Positions 9,224-18,448 of a DNA stretch of 30,964 nucleotides are shown in pieces; position 1 is the stretch's first letter; every line of letters starts with the position of its first letter. Source of the DNA: a virus (taxonomy: Duplodnaviria > Caudoviricetes). The notes under the pieces are model-generated. The model saw only the letters and a program-made list of their open reading frames with translations. It ran no database searches and was not told the DNA's origin. Where the stretch lies: positions 1 to 30,964 of the IMG/VR virus record IMGVR_UViG_3300033067_001643; one strand, given 5' to 3'. A program made the position numbers and the translations under genes.

Positions 9224-10527
9224 TGGCTGCCGCGAAGAAGGGAAAACCTCAGCCGAATCCGACTGGCTCCGGTCATGCGAACTGGAACCGGCGCAACTTC
9301 GCGCCCGTGCTCTTCATTTCGATCGAAGAGAACGGTGTGTTCAAGGATGCGAAAGACCTGTACGGCAAGATCACGAGCTTCAAGGTGAAGGAATCCCTGA
9401 CGAAGGCGACCGAAACGCACATCACGTTCCGGAATGACGATCGTACGCTCGCCGAGGACCCTCGGTTCATGGGCAACACGATCTGGAAATTCCGATTCGG
9501 CTACTTCAACGACCTATCGCCCATCATGGTCGGCATCCTTCGCAACGTGGAGCCCGTCTACGCGGACAAGTGCACGCTCAGCGTCACGCTCTTCGACTAC
9601 ACGCTCACCGCTTCGCAAATGTCGAGCGCGAAGAACTGGGGCAAGATCAAGTCGTCGGAGATCGCCAAGAGGATCGCCAAGCAGCATGGCATGAAGGCGA
9701 GTGTCGACGACTCGAACGACGTGCCGAAGAAGGCGTGGATTCAGCCAATCGACCTGAACGACATCCAGTTCCTTCGTGACCTCGCGGCGCTCAACGACTT
9801 CGAGGTGTCCGTCGCGGACGATCCGCCGTGCCTTTTCTATCGTAAGAAGAATTACGACGACGTCCCGCAGGCGCGGCTCGTCTACTACGACGACCCGTCG
9901 GAGTGGAGCTACCTCAAAAGCTTCAAGCCGAAGGTGAAGAGCCTCGGCCCGTACGTCTCGGGCGTCGCGGGCACTGATGCGGAGAAGGGAAAAGGCGACA
10001 AGGCGACCAGCAAGGACGCCTCGAAGCAGAGCCCGGGTCTCGGCAACAAGGACAACTACCGCGTCGTCATCAACGCGCAGACGGGCCAGGCCGAGGTCGT
10101 CGCCAAACCCCTCGCGACGCCTGCCCCGGCCCATGCCGACACGCAGAAGCTTGCCGCGGTGAAGCGTCAGCAGATCCTCGACAAGGCCAACGAGGCCGAC
10201 TCCGAGCACCCGCTCACGCCATCGCTCGCAAAGGGTCTCATCTTCGACATCCAGGGCGTCGAGAAACCGCTCGCCGGCAAGTGGTATGTCGCCGAGGCCG
10301 ATCACGAGATCACCGGCAGCGCTGCCGGCACGAAGGTTTCTTGGAAGCGCAACTCCACTAATGCGCAAAAGAAGGACGTAGCAAACACGAACAACAAGTC
10401 GACCGGAGGCGGAAAGAACGCGGCACCCACCGTGATCGTCAACGCCTCTTCTGGAAAAAGCGAAGTCATCCAAAGGAACCAGCCCGTACCTGCACCGCAG
10501 GGGGCGCCGCAACCCGTACCGAGGTAA
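9223..10527 (+). CDS. Baseplate hub (GPD/gp27-like)
   Basis: FGY, SEIAKRIAKQHGM, Q..LNDIQFL..LA, GKWYV..ADHEI. Confidence 0.88.
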   Translation: MAAAKKGKPQPNPTGSGHANWNRRNFAPVLFISIEENGVFKDAKDLYGKITSFKVKESLTKATETHITFRNDDRTLAEDPRFMGNTIWKFRFGYFNDLSPIMVGILRNVEPVYADKCTLSVTLFDYTLTASQMSSAKNWGKIKSSEIAKRIAKQHGMKASVDDSNDVPKKAWIQPIDLNDIQFLRDLAALNDFEVSVADDPPCLFYRKKNYDDVPQARLVYYDDPSEWSYLKSFKPKVKSLGPYVSGVAGTDAEKGKGDKATSKDASKQSPGLGNKDNYRVVINAQTGQAEVVAKPLATPAPAHADTQKLAAVKRQQILDKANEADSEHPLTPSLAKGLIFDIQGVEKPLAGKWYVAEADHEITGSAAGTKVSWKRNSTNAQKKDVANTNNKSTGGGKNAAPTVIVNASSGKSEVIQRNQPVPAPQGAPQPVPR

Positions 10528-10529
10528 TC

Positions 10530-11312
10530 ATGGCTGTTGGACCCATCGCGAACGTAATGCCCTGGGAAGACCCGATCGTCGAGGAGGGCCGGAATCGCTA
10601 TTACGGCGAGTATCTCGGCTTCGTGCGCGACCGCGAGGACTCCGCACGTCTTGGACGCGTGAAGGTTCACGTGCCCGCCATCCTCGGCGACGAAGACGTG
10701 GACGAACACTGGATCGAGTGCGTACCGAAAGGCGCCGGCTTGAACGTGCCTCCTATTGGAGCGCCCGTCGTCGTGACGTTCGAGCAGGGGTATGTCTCGC
10801 ACGGCTTCTACACGCACGGCTGGATCCTCGGCTCCGACCCCAAGACGAGCAAGGCACCGCTCGCTGGCAAGGGTGAGCTCGACCCGACGTGGCAGGAAGA
10901 GCGCCAGGTCGCCAATGGCGGAGCCGGGCCGAGCCTCGCGCTCACCATCCCTGCCGATACGGCGCGGACGAACTTGCCGAAATACCCCTACAACAAGGTG
11001 TACCAGAGCGAGGGCGGCCATGTCCTCGAGATGGACGACACGCCAGGCTTCCCGCGCGTCCGGTACTACCACCCGAGTGGCACCATGCTCTTCGTGGACG
11101 CGGACGGCTCCGTGCACGTAAACAGCGTGGGAGCGCAGTGGTTTCAGCCCGGCGGCGACTTCGTTGTCGCTCTGAAGCAGGGCGCGACGTTCAAGGTGGT
11201 ATATCCAGGGGGCTCCGGCCTCACCGTTGGGGCTCAGGGCGTGCACGCCGTCGGGCATGCCGTCTCGCTCATGGGTCGCGCCGTCACGCGACGAGAAACG
11301 GATGTCAACTGA
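10530..11312 (+). CDS. Baseplate spike (T4 gp5-like OB fold plus short beta-helix, no lysozyme domain)
   Basis: RYYG.Y.G.V...D...LGRVKVHVP, VPPIGA.V.V.FEQG, YPYNKV..SEGGH..EMDDTPG..R...HPSGT. Confidence 0.92.
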   Translation: MAVGPIANVMPWEDPIVEEGRNRYYGEYLGFVRDREDSARLGRVKVHVPAILGDEDVDEHWIECVPKGAGLNVPPIGAPVVVTFEQGYVSHGFYTHGWILGSDPKTSKAPLAGKGELDPTWQEERQVANGGAGPSLALTIPADTARTNLPKYPYNKVYQSEGGHVLEMDDTPGFPRVRYYHPSGTMLFVDADGSVHVNSVGAQWFQPGGDFVVALKQGATFKVVYPGGSGLTVGAQGVHAVGHAVSLMGRAVTRRETDVN

Positions 11313-12097
11313 TGAGCCTCGCCGAGATCGTCACCCCCGTCATTTACTGCTCGGAATACCCGGACTGCTCCAAGGTCGAAGTAGAGCTGCCGTTCGGGCT
11401 TCCGTCGTTCTCTTTCGACAACCCATGCTGCGAGGGTCTGAACATCACGCTCGACCAACTCGAGGGCTTGCTTCGTCCACTAATCCCGTTTTTGAAGCTC
11501 CTCGAGTGTGCCGTGAAGCTCATCTCGATCGTCATCGCCGTCCCCGAGGCCATCGGTCCGCCGCCGGATCCGGGCAAGATTGTGGAGATGGCGGAGGCCA
11601 TCGCAGACTTCTTGACGAAGTGCCTCCCGTACATCCTTAGTCTCATCCCCATCCTGCCGACGGCCATCATTGCCTTCTGCAAGATGATTCGCGGTATCGC
11701 CCGGCTGCTGCTGACGATCCTTCGCTGCCTCAAAAAGGTATTCGTCATCAATATCTCGATCGCCGGAGACGTGCTCACTCTCGATGCGAGCATCGATCCG
11801 CTTCTCAAGGGTCTGTCTTCCTGTCTCGCGGATCAGGCCGCAACGCTCAGAAATAGTCTTCTCGACAAGCTCGGAGCGCTACTCAACACGTTCACGCTCC
11901 TGAACATGCTGTTCGAGGTGCTCTTCACCTTCATTCCGCCGCTCAAGCAGGCGATGGAGGATCAGGGTCTCTATCCAATCACTCCGGACATGTCGAAGGG
12001 CGTCATGCCTCCGTCGCTGGGTACTTCCCTAGACACCCTCATCACGATCTTCACGTTCATCGAGGCCGCTACCAACATCTGCGCGGGAGGCGACTAA
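11312..12097 (+). CDS. Hydrophobic, Cys-rich alpha-helical protein of unknown function
   Basis: True start is likely ATG 11312 (TGATG overlap with the spike stop); 261 aa with 10 Cys; TAATG coupling to gp25. Confidence 0.75.
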   Translation: MSLAEIVTPVIYCSEYPDCSKVEVELPFGLPSFSFDNPCCEGLNITLDQLEGLLRPLIPFLKLLECAVKLISIVIAVPEAIGPPPDPGKIVEMAEAIADFLTKCLPYILSLIPILPTAIIAFCKMIRGIARLLLTILRCLKKVFVINISIAGDVLTLDASIDPLLKGLSSCLADQAATLRNSLLDKLGALLNTFTLLNMLFEVLFTFIPPLKQAMEDQGLYPITPDMSKGVMPPSLGTSLDTLITIFTFIEAATNICAGGD

Positions 12098-12525
12098 TGG
12101 GTGTTTTGAATCTTGCGAACAGCCTGATCGACGTCGACACGCTCGGCAAGGGGTTCAAATTCCCCATGACCGTCGACCCAGCGACGAACGACTGGCAGCT
12201 CTCGAAATACGAAGAGAACGTCAAGGAGTGCATCTACTGGCTCCTGGCGACGCGCATCGGCGAACGCGTCATGAACGAGGACATCGGTACGACCATCACC
12301 GAATCCCTGTTCATGAACATCGAGTCGCTCGCCGTCATCCTGCCGAATCAGATTACGGAGGCGATCACTCGTTACGAGCCGCGTGTCACGAATCTGCGTG
12401 TGAAGGTGGAGCGGACCGGCGAAACCGAGCTTCGCGCCACGCTTACCTGGACCGTCAGGGCGACTGGCCGCCGTGACAACCTCGTTTACCCGTATTACAC
12501 CGAGCCGCCGGTTGGAGGCATTTGA
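12097..12525 (+). CDS. Baseplate wedge/sheath initiator (gp25/GpW family)
   Basis: GKGFKFP, LLATRIGERVM...G, AITRYEPRV, NLVYPYY. Confidence 0.95.
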   Translation: MGVLNLANSLIDVDTLGKGFKFPMTVDPATNDWQLSKYEENVKECIYWLLATRIGERVMNEDIGTTITESLFMNIESLAVILPNQITEAITRYEPRVTNLRVKVERTGETELRATLTWTVRATGRRDNLVYPYYTEPPVGGI

Positions 12526-12527
12526 TC

Positions 12528-14531
12528 ATGGGCAACGGAGCCGACCTTTCTACGTCCCGCAGCACTCCCGTAATCGACTTTACGTCCGCCGACTTCGAGT
12601 CGATGAAGACGGACATGAAGTCCTTCGCGCAGGCGAAGTACCCTGATCGCTGGACCGACTACAACGAGACTCAGCCGGGCGTCATCCAGCTCGACATCAC
12701 CGCGTATCTCGGTGACAAGCTGACGTACATGCTCAACTCCCATATTCGGGAGCTGTACGCCGGCACGGTCATGCGTCGGCAGAACCTCGTCAACATTGGC
12801 AAGCCGTTCAGCTACGAGCCCAAGGCTGCCGAGTGTGCGACCGTCACGGAGCGCTTCACGCTCGATGCTGGCGGCGTCTATCCCTTCACGATCTACAAGA
12901 CCAACGTTGTCTCGAACGAAGCGGACGGTGACAATCAGGTCTTCTACCAGCCGTCGGTCGATACCGTCGTTGCGAGCTACCCGGGCGTCGGCTACGTCGA
13001 CATCGTCTGTATCGAAGGTGAGCTGTTCGTAAACCAACTAATCGGTGTTTCCGGCAACCAACCCAACCAGCGCTGGCAATTCCCGCAGCAGGGTGTCGTG
13101 AAATCGTCGATTAGCCTCACCGTCGGCGGAGCTGGCTGGAGCCCGATCACGAACTGGAGCACGCAGAGCAGCGTGAGCCAGGTCTACAAGATCGTCCAGA
13201 CGGATGACGGCAACACCTTCGCCGTGTTCGGTGACGGCGTGTTCGGCGCCATCCCTGCCAACGGCGCGGAGATTCGCGCGACCTTCCGCATCGGCGGCGG
13301 GCGCCGCGGGAATCTGGGCAAGGACACGATCAAGCGAAAGGTGAACGTTCCGCAGCAGGTCCTCACTGTCACCAATCCAGCGTCGGCAAACGGCGGCGAT
13401 GACGCGGCCAGCATGAAGGAGGCGCGCGAGGGTATCCCTGCCACCATCTCGACACTCGAGCGTGCCGTCACTGAAGACGACCACGAGAAACTCGCAAAAC
13501 AGGTTGCTGGCGTTGCCAAGGCTCGTGCTGCCGCTGGCATCCCGGCTGGCTCGAACCGCGTGCGCGTCTGGATCGCTCCGTCGGGTGGAGGCCAACCCAC
13601 GAGCTTGCTCAAAAATAGCGTTAGCACGTTTTTGAAGACCAAGAAGATGGTCGGCAAGCGTATCGAGCTGGCCGGCGCTATCTACAAGGATGTCCGGTTC
13701 CACGTTCTGCTGCACGTGAACGAGAACTTCCGTGCGGCCGACGTCAACCAGGCCACGCGCAACGGTCTCCTCAACACGACCGGGACGGGTCTTCTGAACT
13801 TCGCGCAGCTCGACTTCGGCGGACGCTCGATCACGGCAGACGGAAACGAAGAGCTGCTCCTTGGTCAAACTCGTCTTCAATCGTATTTCGACGACCTGAA
13901 GAAGGCAGGTCTCGACCGTGCCGAGATCCTCCAACTCGACGTCGTACCTGCTGCCCGTGCGCGTGACAGCGGCAACAGCGGCGATGGCACCGTTTCCAAC
14001 ATCGTGGTGACCAGCCGCCAGCGTCGTCGGGAATTCTTCATCGAGCTTGTGTCGTCGGCGCAATACCGTGTCTACGAGCGCATCGTGGGTCGTGTCTCTG
14101 CCCTCGCAGATACCGACCTTGTTGACGATGAGAAGGACTTCTCGCTCGAGGGTATCAGCTCGTACGCCGGCTGGTTGCTTGCCCCGGATCGGAACTCGGT
14201 GAGCACCGTTGCCGTCGGCTCGGCTTCGGAGCAGACCATCTCGGCTACTGGCCTCGGAGGCGTGTCGCTCTTCACACTCACCCAGGTGGGCCAGGAGTAC
14301 TACCTCTACAACCCCGTCGTTCAGCTTGTGAACGTCGGCAGCGAGTATGTCAGCTCCGACGAGAACGTTCGATTTACGGTGGTTGCCGGCGCCTCTCCGT
14401 TCGTCTCCGGCGACTCGTTCACGCTCGATGTCTTTCCACACGTCAGCGACATCCGCCTCAAGGATGATGAGTACCCGGAATTCCTCGACGCGAATCTCAC
14501 CACACGCACCAGCGGAGGAGCGCGAGTCTAA
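12528..14531 (+). CDS. Baseplate wedge protein (gp6/J-like) with extra C-terminal domains
   Basis: IDFTSADFES, WTDYN...PG, FGDGVFGAIP, NP..A.GG.D, RAVTEDD; GGAGG SD before ATG 12528. Confidence 0.93.
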   Translation: MGNGADLSTSRSTPVIDFTSADFESMKTDMKSFAQAKYPDRWTDYNETQPGVIQLDITAYLGDKLTYMLNSHIRELYAGTVMRRQNLVNIGKPFSYEPKAAECATVTERFTLDAGGVYPFTIYKTNVVSNEADGDNQVFYQPSVDTVVASYPGVGYVDIVCIEGELFVNQLIGVSGNQPNQRWQFPQQGVVKSSISLTVGGAGWSPITNWSTQSSVSQVYKIVQTDDGNTFAVFGDGVFGAIPANGAEIRATFRIGGGRRGNLGKDTIKRKVNVPQQVLTVTNPASANGGDDAASMKEAREGIPATISTLERAVTEDDHEKLAKQVAGVAKARAAAGIPAGSNRVRVWIAPSGGGQPTSLLKNSVSTFLKTKKMVGKRIELAGAIYKDVRFHVLLHVNENFRAADVNQATRNGLLNTTGTGLLNFAQLDFGGRSITADGNEELLLGQTRLQSYFDDLKKAGLDRAEILQLDVVPAARARDSGNSGDGTVSNIVVTSRQRRREFFIELVSSAQYRVYERIVGRVSALADTDLVDDEKDFSLEGISSYAGWLLAPDRNSVSTVAVGSASEQTISATGLGGVSLFTLTQVGQEYYLYNPVVQLVNVGSEYVSSDENVRFTVVAGASPFVSGDSFTLDVFPHVSDIRLKDDEYPEFLDANLTTRTSGGARV

Positions 14532-15589
14532 TGGCAATTATCAAACCCAGTGACATCTCTGGTTTGCGTATTCTTGCTCGCGTCTTTCAGGGACTTGTTG
14601 CCGTTAGCGGAAAGGTTGTGTCTTGGGCTGATCAAGAACCAAACGGCGGAATCATTGCTATAAATCCTGCACTGCCGCCGGTGCTCACCTCGCTCAATTT
14701 CGACCTTGCTGACATCGCAGGCGGCGCTTCGATCACAATCACGGGCATGTACCTCACTGGTGCAACGTCGTGTGTCGTCGACGTTTCGAGCGCGACGATT
14801 ACCGCGAACACGTCAACGTCGCTGACGTTCACAATGCCGGCTAAGGCGGCGGGCTCGTACAACGTGCAGGTGACGACGGCTAACGGGTCAAGCAACACCC
14901 TCACGATTGAGGCTTGGAGTCCGGCGCAGATCACGAACATCTTTGCCTACCTCGATTCTAATAAGGGTGTGATTGCGGTTGGCGGCGGCGTCCTGTCTTG
15001 GACAGATCAGAGCTCGAACGCTTACGCATACACGCAATCGGTAGGCGCCAATAAACCGACGGTAGTGTCCAACGCGTTCGGCTCCTTGCCTGGCGTTCAG
15101 TTCTCACCAGAACAGTGGCTCGACGGCACCGGACTCGCGGGCGTGACCGCGTGGTCTTATTTCGCCGTTGCGAAGTGGACTTCGTCCGACAACACAGCGC
15201 TGTACAACCTCAATGCGCCGCTAACGATCTTCGGCGGCAGTGGCTGGAATGGATTCGGTGCTGCGGGCGGCGCTATCGCGTATCAGAAGTACGACTCCGC
15301 GATCGTGACGCGAGGGTCGGGGCTGAATGATGGTAACCCGCATCTCATCGGCGTGACGGGCGACGCGACCCCAGATATCAAACTCTACCATGGTGCGTCG
15401 CAGCAAGGTGCTACCGCCAGTCCTGGTGGTACAGCTGCGTCTTATTACGATCACGTTGGCGATGGTTACCTGAACTCCGATGGCTTCGACGGCGTTCTCG
15501 GCGCGGCCATCGTGGTCAATGGCGTCATTTCTGGAGGAGACCTTGTGAAGCTAAACAAGTGGTCTCAGTGTCGCTTTGGAGCTGTGTGA
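14531..15589 (+). CDS. Accessory adhesin-like protein: lectin-domain stub + IPT/TIG + LamG/concanavalin-like domain
   Basis: IPT motif AGGASITITG..L...LTFTMPA..AGSYNVQVTT.NG; then SP....YLDS..G....SWTDQS.N....Q....KPT. Visibly more A/T-ending codons than neighbouring genes. Confidence 0.7.
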   Translation: MAIIKPSDISGLRILARVFQGLVAVSGKVVSWADQEPNGGIIAINPALPPVLTSLNFDLADIAGGASITITGMYLTGATSCVVDVSSATITANTSTSLTFTMPAKAAGSYNVQVTTANGSSNTLTIEAWSPAQITNIFAYLDSNKGVIAVGGGVLSWTDQSSNAYAYTQSVGANKPTVVSNAFGSLPGVQFSPEQWLDGTGLAGVTAWSYFAVAKWTSSDNTALYNLNAPLTIFGGSGWNGFGAAGGAIAYQKYDSAIVTRGSGLNDGNPHLIGVTGDATPDIKLYHGASQQGATASPGGTAASYYDHVGDGYLNSDGFDGVLGAAIVVNGVISGGDLVKLNKWSQCRFGAV

Positions 15590-15619
15590 ACGTACCTCAA
15601 AGCATATTAGGAGCAATAA

Positions 15620-18436
15620 ATGTCCGCACCCAGCTTTATCGCGCAAGGTCCTGGCCTTTCTCTCGGTTTGCCTGCGCTTCTGTATCAGCAAGCGACCGAC
15701 GACTATCTGACGCTGTCACCTACCGAGACGTTCACGGCTGGCTTCACGTTTGTCGCCTTCGTCAAGCCGGTGAAGTTCGACATCACGGCGGTGAACCCCA
15801 CCGAAAACCCGCCGATGACCCTTTTCGGCGACACTCTCGTCTCGACAACGGTGCAATTCGGAATCAATGGCGATAACCTTGAACTGCACATCAAAACGTC
15901 TCTTGGATGGGAAACAGTTCGTACTCCCACGTGGGTTTCCAAGCCGTCGATCTACGATGGTGAGTGGCACACCCTTGGCGTGACCATCGACAGCAGCACG
16001 ATGGCCGTGACGTTTTATATCGATGATCAAAGTTTCACGCCTGGGACGGGTTTTGGCCTTCTAGGCACGTGGGCCAACGTCACTCTGACAGCACATGGCG
16101 CCGGCAAGACTGGCACGGATGACACGTACGACGGCTACGAGGCCGAGTGGATGACGTTCAACGGGGCGAAAACCCCGGCCCAGATGCTCGACATCCACGA
16201 GTATCTCGTTCGTCTTTGGATCAACAGCGCTCCGCCACGGCTCATCACGAGCACTCCGGCAAACGGGTCGTCCAACAATGCTAACAACGCCGACATTTCG
16301 TTCAACTTCAAGGCCCCGGACGTAACCAATCCGAGTTTCGGCGAGCCTTGTGGCATCCTTATCGACGAGACCACTGAAAAGGTCTGGATCGACGGCGTGC
16401 TTGCATATGACGCTGGCTCCGGCTTCCAGGTTGGCTACTCCGGAACCGAGATCACGGAAGCCGATGGCTCGAGGTCGTTTACGATCACGACTCGTCCTGC
16501 CTCCGTGAAAAAGACGTGCGCCATCACCGTCTACGCGAAGGACGTTGCGGGCCGGGCCGGGTACTTCTCGTTCTCGTTCTATGTCGCGCTCGACGACGTT
16601 TCGGACCTCGTGGCGAAGACGTGGTGCGAGGGCAAACGCATCGACCTGACGTGGACCAATCCGGCCGGCGTCACCCACGTAAAGATCCGGCGCTCGTCGC
16701 AAGGGTACCCGCGCTTCACGGACGATCCGGGCGAGGACATCTACTCCGGGGTGGTCATCAACGCATTCGTGGACGGCGTCTACTCCGGTCCGCTCAACAC
16801 GACGAACAAGGCGCTCAACGAGAATAAGTTCTATTACTACACTATTTTCATCTCGTACAACGGTACGACTTGGCTGCACTCACTGAGCGCGGAATGCCAG
16901 GGCCTGTCGATCAAGGACTACAACACGCAGGACGGTGACTACGTCTACAACCTGCTTCCTCGAGAGATTCGCAGGGCAGACGCTGACCCGGCGCGCGGCG
17001 CGCAACAGTACAAGCAGCGCGACTACTGCTCCGTGCTCCAGTGTGGCGTGAACATCTACCGCGGACTGCTCGAAGCAACACTTCACCTTCGCGATCCCGA
17101 CGAGATGCCGGCGGGACGGCTGGGTGACACGCAGAACAACTACGGCGTGCTCGCAACGCAGCTCTGGGACTACGGCCTTCCCGCAGGTCGACAGATCGAC
17201 GCGGCCACGATGCGTCGTCTCGCGTTTTCGCTCATCGGGCTCTACAAGGAAAAAGGCATCTGCCAGTGCCTCGTCGATCTCGCGAAGGTCGTGTGCACCT
17301 GGGACGCTCGCTGCGATGAAATGGTCGAAGCGCTCTGCGGCGTGAACCATCTGGCGTACACGTGGGACAACGAATCGTTCATCAATCAGTTTATTTCCAA
17401 CCAGCTCTCCAACAATCCGGACATCTCTGTCCCCGGACAGGTGACGTTCCTCGCGACGCGATTCTTCAACGCGCTCGGAACGGCCACTAGCGGCGAATTG
17501 GCTGTGGCTCCGGCTGCAAACTTCATCATCGACGCGCTCGGCACATTCGCATGCATCGCTAGCGTGGGCGCGATGGACGGCTCGTTTCAGCAGGTCGTTA
17601 CGTTCACGGATCCGACAGCAAAACTCCGAAAGGAGATTGTCGGCAGCGGAACCGGCGGCACTTCATTCACCATCAACGCCATCGACCCCGGTTACTACCC
17701 TTGGCAGTACCCGGCTCCGGCTGCCGAGCCGATCTTCGGAGATAACGCGTTCGCGGGGCTGAAGATCATGGATGGAACCGGGGTGATCCGGAACATCATC
17801 AGCAGCTCTGCGACGGACTCACTCGGCAACACCGTCTTGCAGACCTCCGGTGTCGTAATGGGCGGCACCTTCTCGATCGCGGCCGACTTCGATCCGGCTG
17901 GAGCGACGTACGCGGGGCGCATTCCGCTCCTCCGCGCGAAGATCTACTCGGGTGAATTCACGCTGACGTACCACCCGCTCTGGGACATCCGCCTGAAGGA
18001 CGAAATCGAGGTTGGCCCGTGGTCTCTCATCACGTCCTCGTCCTCAACGCTCGGCATCGGTTGGTCGCCTACTCCTGTCGACGTCTCTGTCATCGTGCAG
18101 AACGTGCATGAGGACCTCGGAAAGGCCACACTGGTGAGCGGCTCACTCTTGCAGGACTCCACCAAGACCTGGACCAACAACGAATGGACCGGGTACTACT
18201 TGCTCCCCGACTGGAACCAGACGAAGATTTTCCGCATCGCAGGCAACACCGCTACCGAACTTTCCGCAGACATTCCTCCGGGTGCCGGAGACCTCGACAC
18301 TCTCGCGCAGGCTAATTCGCATTACGTCATCCTCAGCGAGAAGAACGCGATCCGGTACTCCATCCTCACCTCCATTTTGCCGAGCTTCGTCCCTGCGGAG
18401 ATTCGGCCGTTCGTCAAGTTCGAGACGTTCCCCTGA
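15620..18436 (+). CDS. Multidomain baseplate wedge protein (P2 gpI/gp7-like core fused to LamG-like, Ig-like and FN3 domains)
   Basis: DGEWHTLGVT (LamG); PPRLITSTPANGS (Ig-like); IDLTWTNP...YYYTIF (FN3); YNLLP..IRRAD and RRL....LYKEKG (tail I core); AGGAG SD. Confidence 0.75.
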   Translation: MSAPSFIAQGPGLSLGLPALLYQQATDDYLTLSPTETFTAGFTFVAFVKPVKFDITAVNPTENPPMTLFGDTLVSTTVQFGINGDNLELHIKTSLGWETVRTPTWVSKPSIYDGEWHTLGVTIDSSTMAVTFYIDDQSFTPGTGFGLLGTWANVTLTAHGAGKTGTDDTYDGYEAEWMTFNGAKTPAQMLDIHEYLVRLWINSAPPRLITSTPANGSSNNANNADISFNFKAPDVTNPSFGEPCGILIDETTEKVWIDGVLAYDAGSGFQVGYSGTEITEADGSRSFTITTRPASVKKTCAITVYAKDVAGRAGYFSFSFYVALDDVSDLVAKTWCEGKRIDLTWTNPAGVTHVKIRRSSQGYPRFTDDPGEDIYSGVVINAFVDGVYSGPLNTTNKALNENKFYYYTIFISYNGTTWLHSLSAECQGLSIKDYNTQDGDYVYNLLPREIRRADADPARGAQQYKQRDYCSVLQCGVNIYRGLLEATLHLRDPDEMPAGRLGDTQNNYGVLATQLWDYGLPAGRQIDAATMRRLAFSLIGLYKEKGICQCLVDLAKVVCTWDARCDEMVEALCGVNHLAYTWDNESFINQFISNQLSNNPDISVPGQVTFLATRFFNALGTATSGELAVAPAANFIIDALGTFACIASVGAMDGSFQQVVTFTDPTAKLRKEIVGSGTGGTSFTINAIDPGYYPWQYPAPAAEPIFGDNAFAGLKIMDGTGVIRNIISSSATDSLGNTVLQTSGVVMGGTFSIAADFDPAGATYAGRIPLLRAKIYSGEFTLTYHPLWDIRLKDEIEVGPWSLITSSSSTLGIGWSPTPVDVSVIVQNVHEDLGKATLVSGSLLQDSTKTWTNNEWTGYYLLPDWNQTKIFRIAGNTATELSADIPPGAGDLDTLAQANSHYVILSEKNAIRYSILTSILPSFVPAEIRPFVKFETFP

Positions 18437-18448
18437 AAGGAAACAGCC

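Noticed and set aside
10889-11311. Upstream extensions in the ORF track (10889; likewise 25345, 27780, 28675, 29841, 30287)
   Set aside because: They overlap real genes out of frame; internal ATGs with SD or stop-start coupling give better starts.
15587-15619. Stop-codon readthrough or recoding joining 14531 and 15620
   Set aside because: Three different in-frame stops (TGA, TAG, TAA) intervene, and all three stop types end genes normally elsewhere.
14657-15630. Short ATAAAT..GCAC similarity at both ends of the inserted cassette as a recombination or excision site
   Set aside because: The match is too short, crossover at ATAAAT would join out of frame, and no recombinase is present.
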